A stretch of DNA of 61,576 nt from a virus (taxonomy: Duplodnaviria; Caudoviricetes), in the IMG/VR virus record IMGVR_UViG_3300025289_000029, positions 1 to 61,576 of that record, one strand, 5' to 3'. The notes below the pieces were generated by a model. It was given only the letters and a program-made list of their open reading frames with translations. It did no database searches and was not told where the DNA came from. Shown here piece after piece: positions 9,689 to 20,645 of this stretch (within the stretch, counting starts at the first letter, position 1; each line of letters starts with the position of its first letter). The position numbers and the translations under genes are program-made.

Positions 9689-10456
9689 ATGCCAAGTCGA
9701 ATCGTAGGAAAAGATGCACGGCTCTATCTCGATGAGTTCCAACTGTTCCTTCGTCTGTTCGAGATGGAGGAGTCCTTCGAGGTTAACACAGAAGAGTCAA
9801 CTGTCTACAGTGACAACTTCAAAACCTTCGAGCCGATTGACGCCAACGGGAGCTTCTCGCTGACTGGGCGTATGGACGATGCTGGGCTGGCGTCGGAACA
9901 GGATGCTACGGTCTCTCTCGACAAAGCGATGTTTGATAACCTCTTCGTCGATCCTGTCGTTGCGACGATGCTTATAGAGGGGGCATCGCCTGTTGCTGGT
10001 AGGCAGGCTCACTACGCCAAGCTGCTACACGGGTCGATAGCGTTGCAACTGCCCAGAGGTGGTCTGGGCAGTCTCCGGCTGAATGGTAGCACGAAAGAGC
10101 GCATCTCTGATGGCTTCCTGCTGGCGCTTGCTGATGTGTCTCTGTCCGCAGGTGTGGACACGTTTCTTCCCGCAGGCGGAATCAATGTCGGCGGAGGCTT
10201 CACCAAGGGCGTTCACGCTGTCTATCATATCTGGAAGCGAACAGGCGCAGGAACGTTGACTATAGCCATCCAAGGTTCTGTGCTCACAGGTGGCCCCTAT
10301 ACGAACAGGTTGACCTTTCCTACGACAACGGGTGTCGGCGCGAAAGCTCAGGAGCAGGCTGAAACTACTGACACCGAAGTCTTCCAACGTGTTCGGTTGA
10401 ACAGCACTACCACAGAGACGGTGAGCATTCTGGTGGCGAGCAGAAGGTTCTCGTAG
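9689..10456 (+). CDS. Tail tube-like protein 1
   Basis: GKDARL...EESTVYSDNFKTFE...PRGG, similar to the next gene. Confidence 0.6.
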   Translation: MPSRIVGKDARLYLDEFQLFLRLFEMEESFEVNTEESTVYSDNFKTFEPIDANGSFSLTGRMDDAGLASEQDATVSLDKAMFDNLFVDPVVATMLIEGASPVAGRQAHYAKLLHGSIALQLPRGGLGSLRLNGSTKERISDGFLLALADVSLSAGVDTFLPAGGINVGGGFTKGVHAVYHIWKRTGAGTLTIAIQGSVLTGGPYTNRLTFPTTTGVGAKAQEQAETTDTEVFQRVRLNSTTTETVSILVASRRFS

Positions 10457-10480
10457 TATACTTACAGCTAGGAGGCTGAT

Positions 10481-10954
10481 ATGGCCAAGATTATAGGAAA
10501 GAATGCGGACTTCGCAATCGGTGATGTCAACGTGACTCCAGGGTTCGCCTATCTGTATGCGTCCGCCGGTATGAAACGGGTGGAGACGCTGGGCAACGAC
10601 ATCACCCTGAACATCGATCAGAACACTGATGAGACCACCGCCTACGGTGACGACTTTAAGACGCACGAGATCATCGATGCTCAGTGGTCAGTGGACATGA
10701 CTCTCTACTACTCCACAGGTACAGACGAGGTAGATACATTATTCGTGGCAGCTATTATAGCCACTCCCTTTGTCAAGAAGGGGTTCGTCTTCTCTCCCGC
10801 AGGTAAGCCTGCTGGTGAGGCGTCGGCTACGCAACCCAGGTACTACGGTGACGTTATCATCACCAGTGTGGTGCCCAACCCGCCAAGAGGAGGAGTAGCA
10901 AGTGTCCGAGTCCGACTCCAAGGATCAGGCTCTCTCGGTCGCGCAGTTGCCTAG
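10481..10954 (+). CDS. Major tail tube protein
   Basis: GKNADF...DETTAYGDDFKT...YYGDVIITS...LQGSGSL. Confidence 0.75.
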   Translation: MAKIIGKNADFAIGDVNVTPGFAYLYASAGMKRVETLGNDITLNIDQNTDETTAYGDDFKTHEIIDAQWSVDMTLYYSTGTDEVDTLFVAAIIATPFVKKGFVFSPAGKPAGEASATQPRYYGDVIITSVVPNPPRGGVASVRVRLQGSGSLGRAVA

Positions 10955-11363
10955 TAAGCCACTGAAGGCTGAGCTGGACGGTGTTCTCTACGAACTCCGT
11001 AGAGAGACTATAGGTGAAGAGTATCTGTTAGTCAGGGAGATGTCTGTCGCTGTCAAGGATGGCGTCTCCCGTCTAGACCCCAATCGCTACGAGCACGCTA
11101 ACCTTTTTGTCCGTCTCCTGTGTAATGGAGAGAAGCTGGTTGAGGAGGAGCTTCTGAAGCTCCCTCGTACTCATTATCAGACCTTGGCGACGTTGGCTAT
11201 CCAGTTGGACAATGAGGAGAGTGGCATCGTCAGCGATTTTTTATCACCGCTCTTGACGGACTTTCCGGCTTATCGTTCAGCCTTGGCGAAGCTCTCAGGC
11301 TCCCCTCGAAGTGGCTCAGGACGTACATCGAAGTCAACAACCGACGGGAAGAACGACTCCTGA
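10947..11363 (+). CDS. Tail assembly chaperone (gpG-like); -1 frameshift product extends to 11422
   Basis: Lies between tube and tape measure genes; contains slippery T TTT TTA; TTG start is a guess. Confidence 0.75.
   Translation: MPSKPLKAELDGVLYELRRETIGEEYLLVREMSVAVKDGVSRLDPNRYEHANLFVRLLCNGEKLVEEELLKLPRTHYQTLATLAIQLDNEESGIVSDFLSPLLTDFPAYRSALAKLSGSPRSGSGRTSKSTTDGKNDS
11237..11243 (+). promoter_or_regulatory. -1 programmed ribosomal frameshift heptamer TTTTTTA
   Basis: In frame GAT TTT TTA; the -1 frame stays open to TGA 11420-11422, just before the TMP ATG. Confidence 0.8.
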
Positions 11364-11423
11364 CCGCTCAACAGCTACGAGAGGCAGCCGAGGCTGAGCC
11401 TGACAAAGAAGTAGCATGGTGAT

Positions 11424-14063
11424 ATGGCTCTTGGAGGCGCATTCGCACAACAGATTCTAGAGCTTCAACTGCGTGTCACCGCGCAGAGCCAGGCTGCCTT
11501 CCAACAGCTCACAGCGGGCTTCAAGACGGTTGATGAGCAGGCCGTTAGAACCGCTGCCAATCTTAACCGTGCTTTCAGTCCTCGTCTCGTTCAAAATATG
11601 GGACAGGTGCGAGGGAAGCTGGTTGAACAAGGCACAGCTCTTTCAGCTTTCGGTGCTGGTCTGGGCCAGCTTGATCCCCGTTTACAGAGTCTTGGGGTGC
11701 ATTTAGAAGAGCTGGGTGTTCAACAGGCTAAAGCTGGTCAGTCAGGCAAAGTCCAAACCGCTGTATTGGCGCAGCACGCTACTACGCTTGCTAATGCGGC
11801 CTCGTGGACGGAGAAGCTCATTGCAGAGGAGCAAAAGCTGGTCGCAGTTAGGATGAACCAGATGCGACCGCTTATGACCGTCGTTCGGGCGAGCGGAACG
11901 CTCACTGCACAGCAGCAGGCTGAGTTGAACTCCAAGCTCGCGTTGAATCAGGCGTCACAGGTGAGAATGGCCACTCTTGCGGCTGAGGTGCAGGCGCTGA
12001 GAGGGGCTGCGGCTGGAACGACAGCGTTGGCAACTCAAACAAAGGCCGCTGCCCTCATCGCAGGAACCTTTGGTGGCGAAGCCAACTTCGTTGCTAAAGC
12101 CGGTCAGGGTATGATTCTTTCTTTCTCCGCAGCTCAGGCTGCTGCTGGCAACTTTGAGCAAGCTATCTTCGGTCTCGGTTTCTCATTACTTTTCGTAAAT
12201 CAGGCACTGTTAGGTTGGCCATTGGTGATAGGCGCTGTGACCACTGCTTTAACGTTAGGTGTTCCCGCGCTGATAAAGTGGGTTTCAGCAGCCAAAGATG
12301 TCGAAACGCCAACAGAGAGAGGTGCTCGTCTTACCGAGGAATTCGCCGCCGCCCTTAAAGATGTAAAGGGGCCGTTGGCTGATGTAGCTGAAGAGATGCT
12401 TCGATTGGAGGAGGGAGGGCCTCCATCTACTATAGCAGTCCTCGCGCAACAAGTGCTAAATGCCAGCCCTCCTCTAGAGAAGTATATTCAGATTCAAAAG
12501 GCTGCTGAGAGTGCCCTTAAAGGCTGGGACGCTAGAGTATTGGAGGCTGCTGAAGACACACGATCATTACACGGTAACATACTAACGCTGCACAGTGCCT
12601 ATCTACAAGATCAGAACACGCTTGAGGATTTGGTGGCGGTGCAGGATGAGTTTAACAAAGCTATAGATGAGACTATCGCGGCGTCGCGGGCAGAGCTGAC
12701 TCTTGTCGTTCTAAAGATGGAGGCTGCCCGCCAAGAGATAGCAGATGATCAGGCTCGTGAGGCTGCTCTAGAGGCGCTTGACGCTGCTTATCAGGCGAGC
12801 GCCGACGCTGCTAACGCTGCCTACGACGCCGCCGTTGAGGGAGCCCGTAATGCTGCTGAGGCTGAGGTTGATGCGCTTCGAGAGAATCTAGAGGAGCAGG
12901 TACAGGCAAGACGTGACGCCTTACAGGAACAGACTGACGCTATCCGTGACGCCCTTGCCGACCGTATCGACGCTATCAACGACGAGCGCGACGCAGAGCT
13001 AGAGGTTAGCCGCGAGCGGATTGATGAACTCAAAACTCTTGAGCAGGAACTAACCACTGCGATACGCGATCTCGCATCCCAACGCGGCAAGGCGATACAG
13101 GACATACTAACCACGGAGGCTGAAATTGCCGAACTGGAGATGCTCATTAAGAAGTTCGGGCCTGACGAGTATTTGGAGTCTGAGCTGGCTCTGCGTAAGG
13201 CGCGTCAGGCGGCTCTTGAGCAAAGTGTTGCGGGTGCTAACGCTGAGATTGCTGCGAAGGAAGAGGCGCGGGATGCCATTGACGCTCAGATAGACGCTGA
13301 AGGGGAACGTCAGGATGCGATACGTGACACGGCGGAAGTAGCTGTTGATGCCGCTCGTAAGGCCGCTGATGTCCAAATCCGAGAGGCGGAACGCTCCACC
13401 CGTGCTCAGATCAACCTCATGCAGCAAAACGTTGACGCGCAGATAAATGGTATTAACAACGCCAGAGACGCCTTTATAAAAAGTGAAGACGCTAGACGCG
13501 ACGCAGCCATCAAAACTGCTGACCGCATCCGCGATGCAGGTCGAGCCCTGCAAGAGCAGGCAGGGCCTGAGCGCGAGCTTCTCAACCTGGAGGCTCAGCG
13601 GTTGGCCATTTTGGAGCGGATATCCTTCGAGCAGGAGCGAAATATTGGTAAGATGGCTTCCCTCGCACGGGCGGTTGCTATAATCAATGAACTTCTAGGA
13701 AGAGGTTTCTCAGCGGCTCAGACGGCATTGGCAGTCTGGATGTTTCTAATAACACAAGGTATCTCAAGAGAAGCGGCCCAGGCATTCATCGCCGGTCAGG
13801 GGTTGCCTACCAGTGGGTTGCCAAAGTTCCAAGGTGGGGGTATTGTCCCAGGTGCAATAGGCAGCCCACAGCTTGTCGTCGCCCACGGCGGCGAAGAGAT
13901 ACGTAAGCCTGCCGGTAACGGTATGCGCGGTGGGAATACATACAATTTGACCGTCTACGTCCGCAGTGAGTCTGACATAATGAAGATAAGCAAGCTGCTC
14001 AACCAAGACCTCGGCTCAAGGCTTGCTACGTCGCTACGGACGCGGAGAGGGACTGGGCGTTGA
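11424..14063 (+). CDS. Tape measure protein
   Basis: 879 aa, Ala-rich coiled coil, hydrophobic segments, C-terminal FQGGGIVPG...AHGGE. Confidence 0.9.
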   Translation: MALGGAFAQQILELQLRVTAQSQAAFQQLTAGFKTVDEQAVRTAANLNRAFSPRLVQNMGQVRGKLVEQGTALSAFGAGLGQLDPRLQSLGVHLEELGVQQAKAGQSGKVQTAVLAQHATTLANAASWTEKLIAEEQKLVAVRMNQMRPLMTVVRASGTLTAQQQAELNSKLALNQASQVRMATLAAEVQALRGAAAGTTALATQTKAAALIAGTFGGEANFVAKAGQGMILSFSAAQAAAGNFEQAIFGLGFSLLFVNQALLGWPLVIGAVTTALTLGVPALIKWVSAAKDVETPTERGARLTEEFAAALKDVKGPLADVAEEMLRLEEGGPPSTIAVLAQQVLNASPPLEKYIQIQKAAESALKGWDARVLEAAEDTRSLHGNILTLHSAYLQDQNTLEDLVAVQDEFNKAIDETIAASRAELTLVVLKMEAARQEIADDQAREAALEALDAAYQASADAANAAYDAAVEGARNAAEAEVDALRENLEEQVQARRDALQEQTDAIRDALADRIDAINDERDAELEVSRERIDELKTLEQELTTAIRDLASQRGKAIQDILTTEAEIAELEMLIKKFGPDEYLESELALRKARQAALEQSVAGANAEIAAKEEARDAIDAQIDAEGERQDAIRDTAEVAVDAARKAADVQIREAERSTRAQINLMQQNVDAQINGINNARDAFIKSEDARRDAAIKTADRIRDAGRALQEQAGPERELLNLEAQRLAILERISFEQERNIGKMASLARAVAIINELLGRGFSAAQTALAVWMFLITQGISREAAQAFIAGQGLPTSGLPKFQGGGIVPGAIGSPQLVVAHGGEEIRKPAGNGMRGGNTYNLTVYVRSESDIMKISKLLNQDLGSRLATSLRTRRGTGR

Positions 14064-14064
14064 T

Positions 14065-16803
14065 ATGGCTGCTGTATTGAAGCTCTCTGATGGTACGAAC
14101 ACTGTTGACTTCGTTAGCGGCGGTTCAGAGTACAAACTGCGGCAGAACGGTCTCAATATGCCCCATCCCGAAACTAACCGCGTCCTCGGCGGTGATCCCA
14201 TGTTGGCCGAGGGTGCGCGACTGATTGACCGGCAGCTTTCCAATCGTGAAATCAGTATCACATTTAACATTGACGCAGCGACCCATAACGGCCTTGTATC
14301 TAATATGCGAACGCTGCGAAGACTTCTGGATACGGCGAAGAAGTCCAACAAAGACGGACTCGGCCCCAAAGTTGTCTTATCTTACAAATTCGATGACGCC
14401 TCCGAACAAGTCGCTTTCGATGTCATAGATGGTGAGTTTCAGCCAGGACAGCTTGCCGACCCAACCGTTCGACGTGCTTCGTTGTTACGAGACAGCGAGT
14501 TGACGTTGATCTGTGAGCCGTATGCCAGACTTGATCAGACCACGGGGATTGAAATCCGCAACCTGCTTCTCAACCCTAGCTTCGATTGGAACCCTGAGCA
14601 GGGCGGACGCGACGGTCACTACGAGTTGGATTTGGGAGCTGCGGGCGTTCGTCTCGAAAGAGCATCAGGTGTGGGTCTGTCCGACGATATACTCTCGGTG
14701 GTGTTTTGGTTTAAGCGAGACGCTCTTAGTGGCACACGGACAATTATCATCTGCGGTACAACGACTAAGGCGTGGCGCGTCTTCTTTGACACTGGGAATA
14801 AGCTAAACTTTGAGTGGTATGACGCAGGTGGCACACAACGCCTCTTGACTGCTGCTGACGTAATTACCGATACGACCACCTGGCATTGCGCGGCGATGAC
14901 AGTGTTCCCCGACCCTCTTGGTGCTATTAACACCTTCTCCGTGCTGATGGTTGATGGTGTTGTTCAGGCGACCAACATACTGGCGAATGTAGGTATAAGA
15001 GCCCCTGTTGGAGCTTTTGTTGTCGGCTCAGTAGATCAGGCGGACGGAGAGCGTTTCGACGGTCGCATATCGGGGCTTGCTATACTCGTGAACAAGCCAG
15101 TTCATCCGCATCAGCTTCGATATCTCTATATGTATGGACTCCGTGGGTTGTGGCTCACACCAAGCGGCACCGCTGGTCATATCCTCCCCAAGAACTATAT
15201 GGGTCTGTCGGCTGCTGATGTCGGAGGTATTTGGTCATTTAGCGCGACGGACTCACCTGCGGACACAGGTAGCACCATCCAAGATCGAAGCGGTAATGGG
15301 CGGCATATAACAATAACCGGCTCGCCAGCAAATACGGCACACATAAGAACACCTTCGGGTTGGGTTCGAGGCTCAGGTCTGACCGCCTCCAGCGGTCTCC
15401 AGGCGGCGTCGGATAATGTCAAGTTTGGCGCTTTCTCTTTCGTTCTCAGCGAGAGCGGTGCCGCCAATAAGACTCTACGACAGACTGTTGTTGTACCAGA
15501 AGGCGTTACAACTGCCACTGTTTACCTGTGGATAAAGGGCGGTGGTGGTGCAAACCAGGTAGTCATCGACATCGACGGTGTAACGGAGACAATTACTGCC
15601 ACTAATGGCGTTTGGAAGCAGTTTATCAAAACAGTGACCGTCGGCGCATCGAGTATATTGACGATTCAGTGGCTCTCCGGTGGGGCTACAACGGTTTATA
15701 TAGATGGTGTCGTGTTCACACCTGGACAACCTTTTGGCTCTTTCGCATCCTTCACAGAAGTTACAGGCGACCCTAAGCCTACCATTGGCTCGTCTTTCCT
15801 GCGGGCGTACCCTGATAGCACTAGGGTCTTCTGGTTGCCGATTTACGATATACCTGGAGACGCTCCGGCTACCTGCCGTGTCTACTTGAAGAACACCGCT
15901 GGGGCCGCCCTTGGCCCTGTTCGATTGGGAGCGGCTTACGGCCAAGACCCAGGTAAGGCAGTGTTCTACTGGGCGGCCTCGCAGTTCATACCAAACATGG
16001 GGGCGTCTGGAGATTGGGTCACAGGAGCGGACGGAGGTGTCGCAGGTGGTGGTGCTGCGAACGTCCTAGCGGACATCGCTGCGATAAATCTGGGAACCCT
16101 GTTCCCGTTTCCTGACTCGCAATTCGGCAGCTTCAAGGGCTACATAGGTGTTGCCTCAGCCCTGAACCGAACATCGTTCTTACGGCTGGCGTCGTCAATC
16201 TACACTGTCGCCTTAACCGGAGACCCTATCAAAGACACAAACCCTGCCTCGGCGCTCATTCACATGGTAGATGGCGGGCTGTTATCATGGCCGCCTGCGT
16301 TTGGTGCCTCCCAGTTTAGAGCAGCGACCAAGGTAACTGGCTCCCCCCGTACCGTCGATGATCTGATGTACCCTCGGCTGTTGATCTCAGCTATCGATCC
16401 CGTGCAGGTTGACCGCACATACAAGTATCTGTATCTTCTGCCGATTGAGAACTTTTTCACACTCCAACCTGACAAGATTCACAGTGCAGATTCCTCACTC
16501 CAGGCGAACGAGATTTTGGTAGTTGACACGATAGACGAGGAAGCGCCATCGATAGCGTATTTGATGTTGGACGTCAACAGCATCCCTGCCGCCGTAAGTA
16601 TTCTAGACCGTCTGGTGTCATTGAGGTCGGCTAACGTTTCCATGTTTGGAGATGGTTTTTACCTTGAGCCAGGTAAACCAGGGGCAATTGTGGCCTTGTA
16701 CTCACGGTCTACAGACGACGCTGATAAACCGTTTGGCTCCTTTACTGTTGGTACGACGACCGAGATGTGGATTGAATATATGCCCCGCTTCCTTTATGTC
16801 TAA
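14065..16803 (+). CDS. Distal tail protein with LamG/concanavalin-like and carbohydrate-binding insertions
   Basis: Dit-like N-terminus (REISITFNI, LICEPY); NLLLNPSFD; WHC...MVDGV...FDGRI; DRSGNGRH. Confidence 0.7.
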   Translation: MAAVLKLSDGTNTVDFVSGGSEYKLRQNGLNMPHPETNRVLGGDPMLAEGARLIDRQLSNREISITFNIDAATHNGLVSNMRTLRRLLDTAKKSNKDGLGPKVVLSYKFDDASEQVAFDVIDGEFQPGQLADPTVRRASLLRDSELTLICEPYARLDQTTGIEIRNLLLNPSFDWNPEQGGRDGHYELDLGAAGVRLERASGVGLSDDILSVVFWFKRDALSGTRTIIICGTTTKAWRVFFDTGNKLNFEWYDAGGTQRLLTAADVITDTTTWHCAAMTVFPDPLGAINTFSVLMVDGVVQATNILANVGIRAPVGAFVVGSVDQADGERFDGRISGLAILVNKPVHPHQLRYLYMYGLRGLWLTPSGTAGHILPKNYMGLSAADVGGIWSFSATDSPADTGSTIQDRSGNGRHITITGSPANTAHIRTPSGWVRGSGLTASSGLQAASDNVKFGAFSFVLSESGAANKTLRQTVVVPEGVTTATVYLWIKGGGGANQVVIDIDGVTETITATNGVWKQFIKTVTVGASSILTIQWLSGGATTVYIDGVVFTPGQPFGSFASFTEVTGDPKPTIGSSFLRAYPDSTRVFWLPIYDIPGDAPATCRVYLKNTAGAALGPVRLGAAYGQDPGKAVFYWAASQFIPNMGASGDWVTGADGGVAGGGAANVLADIAAINLGTLFPFPDSQFGSFKGYIGVASALNRTSFLRLASSIYTVALTGDPIKDTNPASALIHMVDGGLLSWPPAFGASQFRAATKVTGSPRTVDDLMYPRLLISAIDPVQVDRTYKYLYLLPIENFFTLQPDKIHSADSSLQANEILVVDTIDEEAPSIAYLMLDVNSIPAAVSILDRLVSLRSANVSMFGDGFYLEPGKPGAIVALYSRSTDDADKPFGSFTVGTTTEMWIEYMPRFLYV

Positions 16804-18554
16804 TGCAGAGTTTGGTAGTAGTTCTCACGGATAAAGCCGACCGGACGAGCCAGATCACTCCGGTTATCACTGATCTCACACGACGAGTTGTAAACATTAA
16901 GTTCTCCACAAGTCTGCCAGGAGGGTTCAACAGTTGTACACTCTCAATTCTGATGACCAGAAGTCAGGCGTATGAGTGGTATGAACGTTTTCTGTTCTAC
17001 GGAGTGACGATCTTTGAGGCTGACGAAGCGATTTGGGATGGCCGGATAAGTGCCATTGCCATCACCAACTCTGGGATTGACCTAACCTGCGAAGGCTACT
17101 GGTCAAGTATGGCAGACCAGACTCTTTATGCGTGGTTTAACGATAACGATATGGGGAAATGGCTGATACCATCTGCGGGCGCTGGTGGCATCGCAAATGA
17201 GATTAGTTTGGCGGGTGCGGGGGCCGCCGATAAGTATATTGTAGAAAAAGGTCTGGGGATGTTCCGTTTTGGTAGTAAGAAAAATCAGACTTACGTAATT
17301 GGTGATAAAGGGGTAATCTATTATCGTCTTCCGCGAGTTGGGGTACTAACGGATAGGCGGCTTTTTCAGCCGATGACAATACACTCTATTCAGTATTCAG
17401 CAGATGTTGCAGGCCCTGGCTTCGCTGGGTTCCTGAAAGTCTACACAGCCGACCATCCATTAGGCACGTGGACACATAGGTTGGACATTAATATTTATCC
17501 ATCTGCTGCCGTTGTTAATTTAGAGGCTAACGGTGCTGATGTGGAGGCCGTAGCAGTGGCTTTAGACTGTACCACCGAATTCACGGAAGATGATGATGAT
17601 GGTGTCAACAGGTTTCTGATGAAAGAGGTTACGATTTATGCTGAGCGTGACCCAACGACAACGAACAAGACTACAGCCAAAAAGATTGTTACCAATCTAC
17701 TCTATGGCGACTCGGATATAGATGTAACCTCCCACGCAACCCAAATTAGTGATGATCAAACCTTTATTGAGGACTCCGAGCTAGAGATATCCCCCGCTGT
17801 CTATGAGCACCAGTCTCTGCAAGATATTATTGCAGCGTTGTCTTCGTATGGGTTTGATCAGAGTGGTGTTACTAAAACTGTTGTTGCGGGTGTCTATGGT
17901 CGTCGTCGTTTACATATGAGAGCCAGAGATGAAACCAATGTTCGTTGGATAGTCTCACTCAAGAATATGGGAGAGGGAGGTCTGCGCTTTGAACGCACTA
18001 TTCAAGATTTCTGGGTGCGTACCTGGGTGCGATATCAAGAGGCGTTCTCAAGTCTGACAAAACTGACCGACGTGGCGCAGAATATTCTGGAGCAGACGAT
18101 CTTTTATGATGAACGAGACATTGTTATAGAGGCAGGCGAGATGACGGCTACCTTTGCGGACAAGGTGCGAGACTCCGCTCTAGCTGATGCAACACGCCCA
18201 CGTCAGAGTACGGAGATTACTATTAGCGGGTATATCACCAACATCGTCGGCGCTAGGGAACCTCTCTGGCGCGTCCGATCTGGGGATATGATACTGATTC
18301 AGGATTTGAGTCCGATGCCACAGATAATCGTGGGAGCGACGGCAGACAAACTACGAACGTTTGTCATCAAAGAGACTGACTACAATTCAACAGCGCGAGA
18401 ACTGTCAATCACACTTGATCTTCCTACTACCCGATTAGACCTGCTTCTGGCTAGGCTACAGAACACTCCAACTATTTCCTCGCCTGGAAGTCTGTCGGCA
18501 GGTGGTGGTACGATGGGCGGATGGGGAGGCGGATGGGGTAGTTGGAAAGGGTAG
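16803..18554 (+). CDS. Tail tip/hub protein
   Basis: Follows Dit; FST.LPGGF..C...IWDGRI; VRSGDMILIQD. Confidence 0.7.
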   Translation: MQSLVVVLTDKADRTSQITPVITDLTRRVVNIKFSTSLPGGFNSCTLSILMTRSQAYEWYERFLFYGVTIFEADEAIWDGRISAIAITNSGIDLTCEGYWSSMADQTLYAWFNDNDMGKWLIPSAGAGGIANEISLAGAGAADKYIVEKGLGMFRFGSKKNQTYVIGDKGVIYYRLPRVGVLTDRRLFQPMTIHSIQYSADVAGPGFAGFLKVYTADHPLGTWTHRLDINIYPSAAVVNLEANGADVEAVAVALDCTTEFTEDDDDGVNRFLMKEVTIYAERDPTTTNKTTAKKIVTNLLYGDSDIDVTSHATQISDDQTFIEDSELEISPAVYEHQSLQDIIAALSSYGFDQSGVTKTVVAGVYGRRRLHMRARDETNVRWIVSLKNMGEGGLRFERTIQDFWVRTWVRYQEAFSSLTKLTDVAQNILEQTIFYDERDIVIEAGEMTATFADKVRDSALADATRPRQSTEITISGYITNIVGAREPLWRVRSGDMILIQDLSPMPQIIVGATADKLRTFVIKETDYNSTARELSITLDLPTTRLDLLLARLQNTPTISSPGSLSAGGGTMGGWGGGWGSWKG

Positions 18555-18557
18555 TGC

Positions 18558-20645
18558 TCAGATAACCCAACAGGGTGCTATCTTCGCAGTCACCTTCAAC
18601 GGTATAGAGAACTTAACCGCTTCCATCATCGGCACGATCTCATCTCTCAAATCGTGCACGGTTGTTGATAAGCACTCAACCAATATCTCATCGTGAATCT
18701 GGTTGATAAGTAGAGCTTTGTAGCGTCGGATGACCGGCATCACGGCGATCATCGCCAAGAAGACCAGCTCAACCGCTGAGCCTTGTATGATGTGACTGAA
18801 CCCCTCGCGCTCAACTGCGTCAATGGGTACAAAGTCTCCGAACGTACGCTCCCGACCGTAGAGAGTTGTGGCCTTCCGCTCTAAACGTATCCGCTCCCTC
18901 TCAGAGTGTATGAAGTCAAATTCGTCGGGGAAGGCTACCTCAAGCTGCTGAAGTATATACCTTGCTTCGTCGAAGGAGCAGCCGAACATCTCCATGACCT
19001 TGCGTTCCATAGCGCCATAGACGATAGCGAAGTTACCCCGCTTGCCGTCCATGTACTCAGGACTGTCTTTTATCACCTGAGACACAGGTATCCCGTGTAT
19101 GATAGAGGCTGTGTGCGCGTGTATATTGGCACCCGATTCGAAAATCCGACGCATACTACTGCCCCCACTCATTCCAGCAAGCCCACGTAGCTCCAGTTGG
19201 TCGAAGTCGATTTTCAATAAGGAATTGGTGTCGTCTGCTATTACCACTGAACGATAGGTCGGAGTCTTCGGGATGTTCTGACCGTTAGGGTTTTTGCACG
19301 ACAGCCTACCAGAGCTGGCTACGGCTGGGTTGAACTCAGGGTGGACTCGTCCGGTCAGGGGGTGAGCTTTCTCAAGTAGAGGTTTGGTGTAGGTAGACCA
19401 GAGCTTATGCTGCTCCCTGTAGGCCAATATTGCTTTGGCTATAGGGTGCGACATCTCCTGCAATGCTATCTCAGCGGTACTGGCCTGCTTCTTGGCAAAC
19501 CGCTTTCTGGGGATGCCCAGCTCGTCGTACAGAACTTTGCCGACTTGCACGGGAGAGTTGAGGTCAAGCCGATGTCCGGCCTGACGGTATATCTCTCGTC
19601 GGATGTTGACGATAGACCGCACCTGTGTACGTCTGAGCGCCCTGAGTGCCGTCCTGTCAGTCAACAGGCCGTTCTGTTCCATCTCGGCAAGGATAGGTGA
19701 CAGACGGCGTTGTATGGTGTAGATTTTCAACTTGTCTCCGGTCAGGCGAGGTCTCAGTTGCAGAGTGAGTCTGCGAACCCAATCTGCATCCTCACAGGAG
19801 TAGAAAACGAGCCTCTTGTGGTCAATGCTGGCGATGGATTCTCCTTTGGGGACGATATCATCAAACTCGACCATCTGGTAGGCAAATTCTTTCTTCACCA
19901 TCTGACCGAGGCTGCGCTGCCCAAGAGGTACTTCTAACAGGCTGGCCATGAGCAAAGTGTCATCACCTATTTCATCTGGATAGGTGTCTAGGCATCTCAT
20001 GTCGTATTTGAGGTTAGCTCCGGTGACTCGCTTCCAGTTCACATGAAGGAGAATACGCGGTATCAGTTCAGCGGGGATGTAATACGCTTGACCATGCGCC
20101 AACGAGAGAGTCATGCAGACATTTCCAGAGTACGGGTCTAGAGCATTTGTCTCCACGTCCAAGGCATAAAGGTCGCACACTTTCATCTCATCGATAACCT
20201 GTTGCAGATGCCCTAGATCAACTTCTGTGTAGTTGATGTCCTCGATAGGTTCTGGTTGGGTATGTTCAGCAACGTAAGCAGAAATTCGTAGCTTCCGTGC
20301 CGTACTCTTTTTCTTGTGTCGAGGAATCGTGTCAACGGTCAAAGTGTGTTGGTAAGCTCGCCACGTTGGTAGGTCTAAACCAGTCAACTTTTTACAAACG
20401 AGATCGTCAACAAACAGTGGCTCTGAAAGCATGTCAGCACGGACAAAGTAGGTAGGGATGTCGTAAACGAAACTCTCCGGTCGGTCTGTGACAAGGATTT
20501 CGCGGATGAAACTTGACGGTTGAGAACCGTTGCCTGGGCCAACGAGAGTGGAAGTATGTGTCGGACGGAAGTAGCGGTGTAGGCCCTCTTTGATGATAAA
20601 ATGGAACTCTTTTTCTGTTGTCAAATCGAGGATAAGATGTATCAA
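18558..20645 (-). CDS. polA: Family A DNA polymerase with 3'-5' exonuclease
   Basis: LDVET, NLKYD, YSCEDA; SGRLS..NPN.QNIP; DFDQLELR; K..NFAIVYG; QIHDE. Confidence 0.93.
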   Translation of the reverse strand: MIHLILDLTTEKEFHFIIKEGLHRYFRPTHTSTLVGPGNGSQPSSFIREILVTDRPESFVYDIPTYFVRADMLSEPLFVDDLVCKKLTGLDLPTWRAYQHTLTVDTIPRHKKKSTARKLRISAYVAEHTQPEPIEDINYTEVDLGHLQQVIDEMKVCDLYALDVETNALDPYSGNVCMTLSLAHGQAYYIPAELIPRILLHVNWKRVTGANLKYDMRCLDTYPDEIGDDTLLMASLLEVPLGQRSLGQMVKKEFAYQMVEFDDIVPKGESIASIDHKRLVFYSCEDADWVRRLTLQLRPRLTGDKLKIYTIQRRLSPILAEMEQNGLLTDRTALRALRRTQVRSIVNIRREIYRQAGHRLDLNSPVQVGKVLYDELGIPRKRFAKKQASTAEIALQEMSHPIAKAILAYREQHKLWSTYTKPLLEKAHPLTGRVHPEFNPAVASSGRLSCKNPNGQNIPKTPTYRSVVIADDTNSLLKIDFDQLELRGLAGMSGGSSMRRIFESGANIHAHTASIIHGIPVSQVIKDSPEYMDGKRGNFAIVYGAMERKVMEMFGCSFDEARYILQQLEVAFPDEFDFIHSERERIRLERKATTLYGRERTFGDFVPIDAVEREGFSHIIQGSAVELVFLAMIAVMPVIRRYKALLINQIHDEILVECLSTTVHDLRDEIVPMMEAVKFSIPLKVTAKIAPCWVI

